Source of the DNA: Candidatus Poribacteria bacterium
GTDB lineage: Bacteria; Poribacteria; WGA-4E; JAJDTR01
DNA: 64,000 bases
Reading direction: 5' to 3'
Assembly: GCA_965222225.1 (NCBI GenBank)
Contig: CBDCTK010000002.1
Coordinates: 2,208,001 to 2,272,000, forward strand
Part shown: piece by piece, positions 9,306-19,003 of the stretch
How the letters are laid out: each line of letters opens with the position of its first letter
How positions within the stretch are numbered: the first letter of the stretch is position 1
Program-made: the position numbers and the translations under genes
Notes under the pieces: generated by a model
Seen by the model: the letters and a program-made list of their open reading frames with translations, nothing else
Told to the model about the DNA's origin: nothing
The model's database searches: none

Positions 9306-11198
9306 ATGAAAGAACCCATTTGTAGGAGAGTCCCAAAAACAGGGATGCAGATTGGCGGCTTCGTGGGGGATTACCTGAAGGGAATCACGCAGCAATGGTT
9401 GCTCGTGGCGCCAAAAGCCAATCCCGGCATGCTTGAAATGTTCCGCGATCGTGACATTTCCCCGCTACGGGAAATGGTGCCTTGGGCAGGGGAGTTCTCG
9501 GGGAAATATCTGACGGGCGCGGTGCAAGTTCTCCGAGTGACGTCAGATCCGGCGCTGAAAGTGTGGATGAAGGACTTCGTCCGCATCCTTGTAAACCTTC
9601 AAGATACCGACGGCTACCTCGGCCCTTGGCCAAAGCCGCACCGCTTAACAAACTCCAATTCCGCGGGGCAGAATACTTGGGATACTTGGGGCCATTACCA
9701 CAACATGCTGGGTCTGCTGCTTTGGCATGAAGAAACGCAAGACAAAGAGGCGCTGACTTGCGCGTCGCACATAGCCGACCTGCTCTGCGAGACGTATCTG
9801 GGGAAAAAGCGTCCGCGCTTGGTCGAGACAGGCTCAACCGAGATGAATCTGGCGCCGGCCCACTCCCTGTGCATACTCTATCGCAAGACGAAAGACGAAC
9901 GCTATCTTAAGTTGGCGCTCCAGATCGTGGATGAATTTGCAGCTACGGAGAATGGGGAACCTTTGGCAGGCGACTACCTGCGGAGCGCACTTGATGGCAA
10001 AGAGTTTTTCCAGACTCCCAAACCGCGGTGGGAAAGCCTACACCCAATCATGGCGCTGCCGGAACTCTACTGGATTACCGGTGAAGACCGCTACCGGAGA
10101 GCCTTTGAACGAATCTGGTGGAGCATTGTCAAGCTTGATCGGCACAACAACGGCGGTTTTTCGTCGGGAGAGCAGGCAACCGGCAATCCGTACCATCTAG
10201 CCGCGATCGAATCCTGCTGCACGATTGCGTGGACGGCGATGAGCGTCGAGATGCTGAAACTCACCGGGAATCCCATTGTCGCCGATGAACTCGAACTCAC
10301 GCTATTCAACTCCATCGTCGGCATGCACTCCCCAACAGGGCACTGGTCTACCTACGACACGCCGATGAACGGAATACGCCGTTCCAGCGCACACACCATT
10401 GTCTTCCAAGCGCGTGAAGGCACCCCCGAACTGAACTGCTGTAGTGTGAACACTCCCCGCGGATTCGGAATGCTAAGCGATTGGGCGCTCATGAAAGACC
10501 GCGAAGGTCTCATATTGAACTACTACGGTCCGTCAACGCTAGCGGCACGATTAAAGCCGGGTTTGTCCGTGACACTGACGCAGGAGACGGAGTATCCGCT
10601 TGATGGCAAGATTGTCGTATCTGTGAAACCATCCAAATCCTCCGAATTTGCTCTGAAGTTGCGCATTCCGCACTGGTCATCAGAGACGCACGTCAGAATT
10701 AATGATGAACCTCCGCTTAGCGTGAAAGCCGCTAGTTACCTCCGAATTGATCGCAAATGGAAAGCAAGTGATAAGATTCAGCTTACGTTGGACATGTCCT
10801 TGCGCGTATGGAGCGGAGAGCAGGAATGTGAAGGACTGGCATCAATCTATCGGGGCCCTATCCTGCTGGCGTATGACCACCGGTACAATCTCAAGCACGC
10901 CGAAGAGGGCAATCCGCAGATACGCGATGTTAAGGAGTGGGATCCGGTAACCTGCATGTTGGATATTCCGCTGGTTGACCTCGTGAACCTGCAATCGAAG
11001 CAGGTTCAGTGGACCGATTGGCTACCGCCTCAACTTCTGCTGGAATTTGAGGCGGCGAACGGCGAGACGGTGCGTCTTTGCGACTTTGGCAGCGCGGGCG
11101 AGGCTGGAACGCCGTATTGCTCCTGGTTGCCCGTTAAGGGCTGTCCCGAAACCCCCGAGTTTTCCAAAGAGAACCCGCTGCGGACTCTTCCCGTTTGA
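9306..11198 (+). CDS. Glycoside hydrolase family 127/146 (beta-L-arabinofuranosidase-like, DUF1680)
   Basis: QDTDGYLG, ESCCTIAW, NCCSVN Zn/Cys motifs, ETEYP, LRIPHW, YRGPILLA. Confidence 0.85.
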   Translation: MKEPICRRVPKTGMQIGGFVGDYLKGITQQWLLVAPKANPGMLEMFRDRDISPLREMVPWAGEFSGKYLTGAVQVLRVTSDPALKVWMKDFVRILVNLQDTDGYLGPWPKPHRLTNSNSAGQNTWDTWGHYHNMLGLLLWHEETQDKEALTCASHIADLLCETYLGKKRPRLVETGSTEMNLAPAHSLCILYRKTKDERYLKLALQIVDEFAATENGEPLAGDYLRSALDGKEFFQTPKPRWESLHPIMALPELYWITGEDRYRRAFERIWWSIVKLDRHNNGGFSSGEQATGNPYHLAAIESCCTIAWTAMSVEMLKLTGNPIVADELELTLFNSIVGMHSPTGHWSTYDTPMNGIRRSSAHTIVFQAREGTPELNCCSVNTPRGFGMLSDWALMKDREGLILNYYGPSTLAARLKPGLSVTLTQETEYPLDGKIVVSVKPSKSSEFALKLRIPHWSSETHVRINDEPPLSVKAASYLRIDRKWKASDKIQLTLDMSLRVWSGEQECEGLASIYRGPILLAYDHRYNLKHAEEGNPQIRDVKEWDPVTCMLDIPLVDLVNLQSKQVQWTDWLPPQLLLEFEAANGETVRLCDFGSAGEAGTPYCSWLPVKGCPETPEFSKENPLRTLPV

Positions 11199-11278
11199 TA
11201 GCGGAATCAACGCCAATAGGACGAATTGCCGATTACCACACCTATCACCACGTGTCGAAACAGAGGAGGAACTTGATA

Positions 11279-12010
11279 ATGACAGCGAACGGTGCTGTAC
11301 CGAAAACCCGCTCGGAAGGACGAGGTCCCACAATCTGGCTCGCAGGCAGCCCCGATGAACTAAAGGAGTGGATGCCGTTGGGGATTGCCGGGATTGTCAC
11401 CAATACTGTCGTACTCAATCAGTACGCCAAGCCTTACGGCTCAGTTATCGACCTGATGAAGGCGTATCTCGACATCACCGACAAACCCGTGGTCATGGAA
11501 ATCGACGGTCACACGGTCGACGAACTGCTCGCAGTTGGGAAGGTTTTCACCGACCTGTCGGATCAGATTATTCTGAAAATTCCATGCACGATAAATGGCC
11601 TCAAAGCCTTCAGCATTCTCAAGGGTGAAGGAGTTGAGACCTTCTGCACGACGGTCTTTTCCTTGCCCCAAGCTGCGGCTGTCGCCCAAGCTGGCGTCGA
11701 TCATCTCCTACCGTTCTGCGATCCCGTGAAAGCGGTAGGCGGCGATCCGACCCAACTTATACGCGAGTGTGTGCAGATGTTCAGCGACTGGGAGCAGCGG
11801 CCCTATATCATGGCGGCGCTCGTACGCTCGGTGGAGACCGCTCATGCCGCCTTCCGTGACGGCGCCGACGAACTCGTCACCATGTGGACCGTCTACCGGG
11901 ACATGATGGATCACCCGCTTACCGAGCAGTGGAATAAGACGTTCATGGACGAGTGGGTCGACATGCACGAAAACGGCTTGCTAGAAGGTGTGCCGGTCAC
12001 ATTAGATTGA
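11279..12010 (+). CDS. Transaldolase/fructose-6-phosphate aldolase family protein (divergent)
   Basis: GIVTN, Schiff-base Lys in ILKIPCT.NGL, T.VFS..QA; GAGGAGG RBS before ATG 11279. Confidence 0.8.
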   Translation: MTANGAVPKTRSEGRGPTIWLAGSPDELKEWMPLGIAGIVTNTVVLNQYAKPYGSVIDLMKAYLDITDKPVVMEIDGHTVDELLAVGKVFTDLSDQIILKIPCTINGLKAFSILKGEGVETFCTTVFSLPQAAAVAQAGVDHLLPFCDPVKAVGGDPTQLIRECVQMFSDWEQRPYIMAALVRSVETAHAAFRDGADELVTMWTVYRDMMDHPLTEQWNKTFMDEWVDMHENGLLEGVPVTLD

Positions 12011-12066
12011 ATGTAAATCTAGTGCCGGGTTCCGTAGTTATCGGAGTAAGAGGACCAAGTGTCAGC

Positions 12067-12134
12067 GAAGAATTGGAAGTCTGGAAGCGAGGGAAGGTTG
12101 GAAGGGAAGTCTTCCAATTTTCCATCCTTCCAAC
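12067..12134. repeat. (T/G)GGAAG tandem repeat followed by its inverted CTTCC copies (hairpin)
   Basis: ...TTGGAAGTCTGGAAGCGAGGGAAGGTTGGAAGGGAAGTCTTCCAATTTTCCATCCTTCCAAC. Confidence 0.6.
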
Positions 12135-12196
12135 GAATCAAATATCAGCAGAAACTAGCAGCGCGAGTAACTCATTCTTTAAAGTAGGGTGTAGAT

Positions 12197-13008
12197 ATGG
12201 CACGCGTTGTCCCCTTACGGTATGACACCGCTTTCAAGAAAGCTTTCAGCCAGCCCGACATCTTTTGTTAATTCGCCAAAGATGTTTTAGGCATTGAATT
12301 TCATACCAACGAGGTACATCAAGGCTATAAATTCCTCAAACCTGTCGGTCAGGTTGATATTGAGTACGACCTGTTCGCCGAGGATCCGGAATCTTGAATT
12401 GTCGTTGAGGTGCAGCATGTCAAAGAACGGCATTTCTACAATCGTTTTCTGTACTATCACCTTATCAACCTCGTCGAACAGGTGAAAAGCAGCAAACCTA
12501 TAAGTTTGGACAGACTGTATACACCATTGTCGTCTTGACCAGCCCTTCCCGCGAGAATGACATTGACTTCAGCGTTGCTGTCACGGATTTCAACCCCGTC
12601 AACGAGTTCAGCCGCAAAGTCGAAGCGTATCCTCATCAACTCGTGTTCTTGGTGCCCCGTATGGTCAATGAAAAAACTCCACCGGGCATCAAAGCGTGGT
12701 TGGAGCTTGTCTTGGATTCGCTTGACGGCGAGATTGATGAAAACCGCTTTACCATTCCAGTTTTCGAAAAGGTGATCCACGCGGTTACACGTGATAACAT
12801 CTCGCCCGGTGAACTTCGAGTGCTTAAGGATGAAGAGGATTGGGAAGATTCCCTAGTGTATGAACACAAACGAGGACTTGAAGAGGGAAGCCAACAGACG
12901 ACGGAGAAGATTGCTCTTGCACTAATCAGCGAAGGGGTAGACATTGAGTTCATTACGAGAACAACGGGAATGCCAGAAGCAGATATCGAAAAACTGCGGC
13001 AATCGTAG
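12197..13008 (+). pseudogene. Rpn / PD-(D/E)XK nuclease-family transposase, pseudogene
   Basis: MARVVPLRYDTAFKKAF...VEVQ...RFLYY; in-frame stops TAA 12269 and TGA 12395; frameshift near 12498; C-terminal RGLEEG...IALALISEGVDIEFITRTTG. Confidence 0.85.
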
Positions 13009-13128
13009 ACAAATAGACGTGTTGATACTTTACTGTCACGACTATTGGGGATAAGAACAGAAGGTCAAAAGAAAAACCGTCATACCAAAACTTGCTCTAA
13101 CCAGCCTAAAGCTTGTCCCCGATCACCT

Positions 13129-13863
13129 ATGCATCGTGGCTATGTTCCGTCAACCGACATCTTTTCCGATACCATCCACATCCGTGACCCCGAGCGCCAT
13201 CACCTGCTCAATGTGCTCCGCTTAAAATCCGGTGATGACGTACAAATCTTCGACGGGGAAGGAAACAGTTACATCGCTTGCCTGAGGGATACAGAATCTT
13301 CTCCCGCGATAGCGTCAATTCGAGATCATCAATTTCACCCGCCAATCCCCCCCCACATCACCCTCTTTCAAGCAATTCCCAAATCCGACAAGATGGATTT
13401 GATTGTTCAGAAAGCCACGGAAATCGGCGTTGATGAAATCGTCCCGATGATATGTGAGAGATCGATTCCGAAGCAGGGAGGAGATACTCAGAAGAAACGG
13501 CGAGATCGTTGGGAACGAATCGCAATCGAAGCCTCCAAGCAGTGCGGACGCCCGAGATTTCCCAAGTTAATTGAAGCACGAAGTATGGACGAAAGTCTTG
13601 AACAAGCGAAGACTTGTGAATTGTCGCTGCTCCTCTGGGAAAATGAAGTAGAGCGCAAAATTAAGGATGTCTTGCGTTATTTTCAGGAAGTGAAATCGAT
13701 CGGTCTGTTCATCGGACCAGAGGGCGGAATTTCGGATGCCGAGGTCAAGAATGCGATTGACAGCGGGTGCCTACCTACCACATTTGGAGGGAACACACTG
13801 CGGACGGAAACAGCCGCTATCGTAGCGGTCACTCTCACCGTTTATGAGTTGCGTCGTTCCTAA
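13129..13863 (+). CDS. rsmE: 16S rRNA m3U1498 methyltransferase
   Basis: HLLNVLR, QKATEIGV, EASKQCGR, IGPEGG, LRTETA. Confidence 0.95.
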   Translation: MHRGYVPSTDIFSDTIHIRDPERHHLLNVLRLKSGDDVQIFDGEGNSYIACLRDTESSPAIASIRDHQFHPPIPPHITLFQAIPKSDKMDLIVQKATEIGVDEIVPMICERSIPKQGGDTQKKRRDRWERIAIEASKQCGRPRFPKLIEARSMDESLEQAKTCELSLLLWENEVERKIKDVLRYFQEVKSIGLFIGPEGGISDAEVKNAIDSGCLPTTFGGNTLRTETAAIVAVTLTVYELRRS

Positions 13864-13869
13864 TGCGTC

Positions 13870-13898
13870 TTGACAATGGCATGGTCATACTATATCAT
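13870..13898 (+). promoter_or_regulatory. sigma70-type promoter upstream of mtaB
   Basis: TTGACA-N17-TATCAT. Confidence 0.7.
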
Positions 13899-13916
13899 CC
13901 AAACTCGGACAAACAC

Positions 13917-13995
13917 GTTGTCGTGGAATCTCTGTAATCGACGCGCATGATGCGGAATAGGGGCACGCCCCTTCCGGCGACTTAACCACGACGAA
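13917..13995 (+). other. Candidate structured RNA in the mtaB leader
   Basis: Outer stem GTCGTGG/CCACGAC enclosing hairpins CGCA-TGA-TGCG and AGGGGC-AC-GCCCCT. Confidence 0.35.
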
Positions 13996-14044
13996 GCGCA
14001 CGAAGTAAAAAAATTCCTCGACCTGAACGAGATAGAGTGTCAAC

Positions 14045-15403
14045 ATGCCGACAGCAGCATTCCTCACCATGGGTTGCAAGGTGAATCAATACGACACCGA
14101 CTCAATGCACGAAACGATGCATCGCAACGGCTACACAATCGTTGATGCGAACGAAATTGCAGATGTTTACGTCGTGAACACCTGCACAGTAACAAATGTC
14201 GCTGACCAGAAAGCCCGCAAATCGATTCGACGAATCGTCCGACAGAATCCGAAAGCCAAAGTGCTGGTTACTGGCTGCTATGCCGAAAGTGATCGCAAAA
14301 CCGTTGAAAAAATACCGGGAGTGACCTTCGTCTTCGGGAATCGCGAGAAAGCGGACTTTCAAGGCTATTTGGATAAACTCCGCGAATCCGATCTCTTGCA
14401 GATTAAGCCCATCCAGCATGATCCGGTGCGCGAACACGCAAGATTCAGCGCGGGGATTAGTCATGCGAATCAGCGGACGCGCGCACTAATAAAGGTTCAA
14501 GATGGGTGCAGCGCCTTCTGCACGTACTGCATTATCCCTTATGTGCGCGGACGGATGACGAGCCGTAGCCTGACGGACATTGTGAGAGAGGCGGAGCGTA
14601 TTGCCGCGAGTGGATACAAGGAGATTGTGATTACCGGTGTCCACTTGGGGGCTTACGGGCTAGACATTGAAAGAAAGGTGGACATCGGCGACATCTTGGA
14701 GCAGGTTCATCCGATTGAAGGCATAGAACGCATACGGTTTAGTTCAATCGAACCGATGAATTTTCCCGCCGACCTCGTTGATCGGATGGGGGCCTTGCCG
14801 AAGTGCATGCCGCACTTTCACCTCCCACTCCAAGCGGGCAACGATAAGATTCTGCGCAGGATGCGCCGACGCTACATCACGGCACAATACGCTCGGCTTG
14901 TGGAGAAACTGCGCGCCACCTTCCCGGATGTTGGAATAACGACCGATGTCATGGTCGGTTTTCCGGGGGAAACCGACCACGATTTTGAGGAGTCACTCGG
15001 ATTTGTTGAGGAAATCGGATTCAGCCAACTACACGTTTTCCGTTATTCTCCGCGGCGTGGTACACCAGCCGTAGACTATCCGGTTCAGGTCCCTCCAGGC
15101 GTTTCCGCGGCGCGTAGTGGGAGGATGATTGACTTGGGGAATCGCCTTGGCAACGCCTTCAAACGGCGTATGCTGGGGAAACAGGTGGACGTGCTGGTCG
15201 AAGATAGCCGCGAAGGGGAGATGGAGCAACTCGCAGGGTTTACGCCAAATTATCTGCGGGTTCTGTTGGACGTTCCCGCATCGAAAATCAATCGAATCGC
15301 ATCTGTCAAGTTGGTAGGACTGGAAAATGAACTGATTCAGGGAAAGACAGTCCATTTCGAGTCACCACGGGTATCTGCTAATGCCCCACAGCCGTCTATC
15401 TGA
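14045..15403 (+). CDS. mtaB: tRNA t6A methylthiotransferase
   Basis: MGCKVNQYD, NTCTVT, radical-SAM CSAFCTYC, EIVITGVHLGAYG, C-terminal TRAM; adjacent to rsmE. Confidence 0.93.
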   Translation: MPTAAFLTMGCKVNQYDTDSMHETMHRNGYTIVDANEIADVYVVNTCTVTNVADQKARKSIRRIVRQNPKAKVLVTGCYAESDRKTVEKIPGVTFVFGNREKADFQGYLDKLRESDLLQIKPIQHDPVREHARFSAGISHANQRTRALIKVQDGCSAFCTYCIIPYVRGRMTSRSLTDIVREAERIAASGYKEIVITGVHLGAYGLDIERKVDIGDILEQVHPIEGIERIRFSSIEPMNFPADLVDRMGALPKCMPHFHLPLQAGNDKILRRMRRRYITAQYARLVEKLRATFPDVGITTDVMVGFPGETDHDFEESLGFVEEIGFSQLHVFRYSPRRGTPAVDYPVQVPPGVSAARSGRMIDLGNRLGNAFKRRMLGKQVDVLVEDSREGEMEQLAGFTPNYLRVLLDVPASKINRIASVKLVGLENELIQGKTVHFESPRVSANAPQPSI

Positions 15404-15489
15404 ATCCTTCACGAACAGTCGAACGAACATAGACTATACAGTCAATCGGTTTTTACCCGATCACACCTCACGCAAACCGGGCGGCAATC

Positions 15490-16101
15490 ATGAAAATCGG
15501 AGTGTTGGCTTCCGGCAGTGGAAGCAATCTCCAAACCTTAATCGATCAACTCCACTGCGACGAATCCTGTGATATTGAAATCTCGGTCGTCATCAGCGAT
15601 CAAAAAAAAACCTACGCACTCACCCGCGCAAAGAATGCGGGAATCCCCTCCTATGTTGTAAACGCCCAAGATTTTCCGGACAGACACGCCTTCGACGAGA
15701 GAATCTCTGAACTCCTTGACGCGCACGCCGTGGAACTAATCGTCTTAGCCGGTTTTATGAAGTTGCTTAAACCCGCGTTTGTCCAAAAATACAGGAATCG
15801 GATCCTTAATATCCATCCAGCGCTTCTGCCCGCTTTCCCCGGCGCGCATCCAGTGGCGGACACCCTTACCTACGGGGCAAAAGTGAGTGGAATAACCGTC
15901 CATTTTGTGGATGAGGGGATGGACACCGGACCAATCATCGCGCAAAAGTCGCTGCCGGTATTCGATGACGACGATGAGGAGAGCCTTCATGCGCGTCTCC
16001 AAATGGAAGAGCACAAACTGTATCCCACCGTCATCAAGTGGTATGCGGAAAATCGAATCAGTGTGGCTGGCAGGAAAGTAAATGTGAAGAGGTCGGATTA
16101 G
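15490..16101 (+). CDS. purN: Phosphoribosylglycinamide formyltransferase
   Basis: SGSGSNLQ, LAGFMK, NIHPALLPAFPG, HFVDEGMDTGPII. Confidence 0.96.
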   Translation: MKIGVLASGSGSNLQTLIDQLHCDESCDIEISVVISDQKKTYALTRAKNAGIPSYVVNAQDFPDRHAFDERISELLDAHAVELIVLAGFMKLLKPAFVQKYRNRILNIHPALLPAFPGAHPVADTLTYGAKVSGITVHFVDEGMDTGPIIAQKSLPVFDDDDEESLHARLQMEEHKLYPTVIKWYAENRISVAGRKVNVKRSD

Positions 16102-16102
16102 G

Positions 16103-17002
16103 ATGATTGCCATCTCGACAATGTGGAACGCACTGAAGCAACCTGACGGAGCGGCTCTGATTGATGAGCTTAACAACCTCAGGTTTGATGCGGTCGAACT
16201 CAGTCGGCATCTGACACGCGATCAGATTGAGCAGCTTAAACCCTATTTGGGACGAATCAAGCCTTGCTCCATTCATAACTTCTGCCCTATTTTGCCCGAC
16301 CATCTACAATCGGATTCCGAAATCGATCCGATTCACCTTTCGAGTTTGGACACAGCCGAACGAAAACAGGCGGTACGTTGGACGGTGCGGACGATGGAGA
16401 TGGCTTCCGACCTTGAAATCCCAATCGTGGTACTCCACCTCGGCGAGGTGGACACGTACGATCGCTCCTATTTGATGTACGATTTTTACGAGTACGGTGA
16501 GCGTGAGTTTGAGGCGTTCAGCGGCAAGGTGTCGGAGGCGATGGATTGGCGAGAACGAAAGCAGGCAAAACATCAAGACGCGGTTCTATTCAGCTTGGAT
16601 GAACTCAATGAACTCGCTTTACGGATGAATCTCTACCTCGCCATTGAGAATCGCCCGCGCTACTATCACATTCCAAACTTTGATGAGGTGGAGATGTTCC
16701 TGGATGCCTTTGCCGGCAGCAACATGCGGTATTGGCACGATGTCGGTCACGCAATCTTGCAAGAGCGTGTCGGTCTTTGCTGGTCGAAGCGTTGGCTTGA
16801 CTCGTACAAAGACCACCTCATTGGCGTCAACCTCCATGACCTCAAAGACCTTGACGAATACCACCCGCCCAGTTTCGGAGATGTTGACTTCGGTGACGTG
16901 TTCACAGAATTCCCCGCCGATGTATTGAAAGTGTTGGAAGTTCGGCACGGCACATCGGAAGAGCTAACGGAAGCCAGGGAGTTTGTCTCTAGCAATCTCT
17001 AA
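16103..17002 (+). CDS. Sugar phosphate isomerase/epimerase family TIM-barrel protein
   Basis: SIHNFCP, VVLHLG, LAIENR, WHDVGH, LHD, VLE metal ligands. Confidence 0.8.
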   Translation: MIAISTMWNALKQPDGAALIDELNNLRFDAVELSRHLTRDQIEQLKPYLGRIKPCSIHNFCPILPDHLQSDSEIDPIHLSSLDTAERKQAVRWTVRTMEMASDLEIPIVVLHLGEVDTYDRSYLMYDFYEYGEREFEAFSGKVSEAMDWRERKQAKHQDAVLFSLDELNELALRMNLYLAIENRPRYYHIPNFDEVEMFLDAFAGSNMRYWHDVGHAILQERVGLCWSKRWLDSYKDHLIGVNLHDLKDLDEYHPPSFGDVDFGDVFTEFPADVLKVLEVRHGTSEELTEAREFVSSNL

Positions 17003-17024
17003 GACGAGCTACGCAATACGGTTT

Positions 17025-17190
17025 GTAGTAGCACAATTCACTGCAAGTTTTTTGTAGGAGCGAGTTTTACTCTCGACCGGGAGAGGCATTTCTATAGGAA
17101 CTCTATCGCCTTCGCTATTCGCTCAGTTGATCCCTCACTATCCGGTCGCTTGATCCTATTCGGTCGGTCGCTCTCCTATTGATTATCGCG
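17025..17190 (-). repeat. Two GTAG REP-like hairpins plus the longest GATCAA-unit cassette (17097-17190, minus strand)
   Basis: GTAGTAGCACAATT at 17025, GTAGGAGCGAG at 17054; reverse complement CGCGATAATCAATAGGAGAGC-GACCGACCGAATAG-GATCAAGCGACCGGATAG-TGAGG-GATCAACTGAGCGAATAG-CGAAGGCGATAGAGTTCC; between convergent genes. Confidence 0.8.
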
Positions 17191-17196
17191 TATAAC

Positions 17197-18306
17197 TCAG
17201 TTCGTTGCTCCGATGGCGCGATTAAACGCAGGGACAACCTCCTTGGCAAACAACTCGAAACTCCTATCCCAGCGCTCGCGATTGTCCCAGTCATGGGCGA
17301 CCGCGACCAGCGTACCGAAAGCGCCAATTTGCTCGCGAAGATTCAATAGTTGCTGCGTCACCGAGTCCGGATCGCCCGCGATAATCACCTCGTCCATGAA
17401 GTAATCCAAATTGCATTCGTCGTCGGTCATCTCCTCGTTGCGTTTCCAGATGAGGAGACCTGTTGGCGCGTAGCGGAGCGTAAAGTCGCGTATGTACTGT
17501 ATGCACTTGCCGAGTGAGTTCTCTCGGGCAATCTGACGCGCCTCTTTCGTCGAATCCGCCACGAAGATGTTTCGCGCCACACACCAATCGCTTGGATCCG
17601 CCTCGCGACCCGCCGCCGCCGCCCCCTCGGCATATCCCTGCCACTGATTCGCGAGAACATCGGGATGATTCATGTGATGACTTATCGGGCGAAAGCCGCG
17701 CGCCGCGGCTGCCTGAAGTCCTCGCGAGGCGGGAGACATGCACGGTACAAAAATTGGTGGATGCGGCTGTTGAAGGGGTTTATGCAAAATCCCCATCCCG
17801 AACTCCGAATCGACAGTTTTTTGAGAGACCGACCAGAAATCCCCCTTAATATTGTAGGGCGGGTCGCCGGACCAGATGTCCAGAATCATGTTGATAGATT
17901 CGGAGATACGGGGACCTATCTCGCTGGGATCTATACCGTAGAGTTCGTTGTCGGTTGGAATCGCGCCTGGCCCCAGGCAGACGTTCAATCGCCCGTGCGA
18001 GAAGTGATCCAGAAACGCAAGCCGGCTGGCAACATGCACCGGGTGGTGATACTGCAAGCAAACAGGAGCCGCGCCTATACGTATTTTGTCGGTTAAGCCG
18101 AGCACTTTTCCGAGGAAAATCTCTGGCATCACGATGTTCTCAATAGTTGAAGTATGGTGTTCGCCGACCCAGAAATCAGTGAATCCGAGGTCGTTACATT
18201 GGACGGCAAATTCCAAATCTTCATCGAAACATTGGGCTAACGGCTTTGCCGGATCGTGAACCGGCATCAAAAACATGCTGTATTTAACTGGGGACACTGT
18301 TTGCAT
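17197..18306 (-). CDS. LLM-class flavin-dependent monooxygenase
   Basis: WVGEHH, HPVHVA, LDHFSHGRL, KPLQQPHPPI, IAGDPDSV. Confidence 0.92.
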   Translation of the reverse strand: MQTVSPVKYSMFLMPVHDPAKPLAQCFDEDLEFAVQCNDLGFTDFWVGEHHTSTIENIVMPEIFLGKVLGLTDKIRIGAAPVCLQYHHPVHVASRLAFLDHFSHGRLNVCLGPGAIPTDNELYGIDPSEIGPRISESINMILDIWSGDPPYNIKGDFWSVSQKTVDSEFGMGILHKPLQQPHPPIFVPCMSPASRGLQAAAARGFRPISHHMNHPDVLANQWQGYAEGAAAAGREADPSDWCVARNIFVADSTKEARQIARENSLGKCIQYIRDFTLRYAPTGLLIWKRNEEMTDDECNLDYFMDEVIIAGDPDSVTQQLLNLREQIGAFGTLVAVAHDWDNRERWDRSFELFAKEVVPAFNRAIGATN

Positions 18307-18393
18307 CAGATGGAATTCCTCCGTATTTTATCCGTAGACCTGTTTCTCGTTTAGCGATTCAACAACCAACAATCCAAAGATGATATGATGGGT

Positions 18394-18422
18394 AGTCTAC
18401 CCTTTTCTCCATCATCGGTCAA
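18394..18422 (-). promoter_or_regulatory. sigma70-type promoter for the LLM gene
   Basis: TTGACC-N17-TAGACT on the minus strand. Confidence 0.5.
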
Positions 18423-18474
18423 GAGCTATAGACCCCATTTGAATAATCGTCGCGAACTCCAGTTTCTAAAGGCT

Positions 18475-18495
18475 GGTGCGCAGTGCGCACCCTAC
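18475..18495 (-). repeat. REP-like palindrome GTAGGGTGCGCACTGCGCACC
   Basis: Identical to copies at 33452 and 39844. Confidence 0.85.
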
Positions 18496-18546
18496 GAGAA
18501 ATTGTATTACTTGTTTGACGATTATTGGTCAAGAGCCTTATTCAAT

Positions 18547-18932
18547 TCATCCATATTCGGACTTTAACTCGTTCAAGAGGCGAGTTATGCCGTTCCTGAT
18601 AATCTGCTCGCACGATGCTCGCGGGCGCAAATACTTCCATACGCCCTGCGGATGCGCCCATGCCTCATAGCCGCCGTTCGATCCCAACTCGTAGTCCTTC
18701 TTTTGCGGCGATATACAGTGCGCGTCCGTTCGTGTAGCCGTAGACCACGGTATGCTTGAGAGGCGTGTGTTATCCTCTGCCAATACGAGAGCGCGTGCAT
18801 ACAGATCGTCGCGGACTTCTTAGCCTTTCGTCGCAGGCGTGGTGATGGTTTCGGCAGCGCCCACCATTAGCGCAATACCGCTAGTCGCGCTCGTATTAGC
18901 AAGCCATAGGACAAGACCAAAGAAATCTTCAT
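18547..18932 (-). pseudogene. Internally deleted remnant of a neutral/alkaline ceramidase-like protein
   Basis: Segments in different frames: LMVGAAETITTP, EVRDDLYARALVLAEDNTRL joined to KHTVVYGYTNGRALYI...GGYEAW; stop and frameshifts. Confidence 0.6.
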
Positions 18933-19003
18933 CTCGTTTAACCCCTGATGAAGTTCGGAGAAATAAAGCAACCGCCCTCTCCATGTGTACGTGACCTATC
19001 TTC

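Noticed and set aside
13917-13995. ZTP (pfl) or SAM riboswitch, 6S or SRP RNA upstream of mtaB-purN
   Set aside because: The conserved sequence motifs of these families are not recognisable; kept only as an unassigned structure.
17097-17190. Variation among cassette units as DGR-type adenine mutagenesis
   Set aside because: Variable positions are not restricted to A on either strand and many A positions are invariant; no RT, TR or VR is seen.
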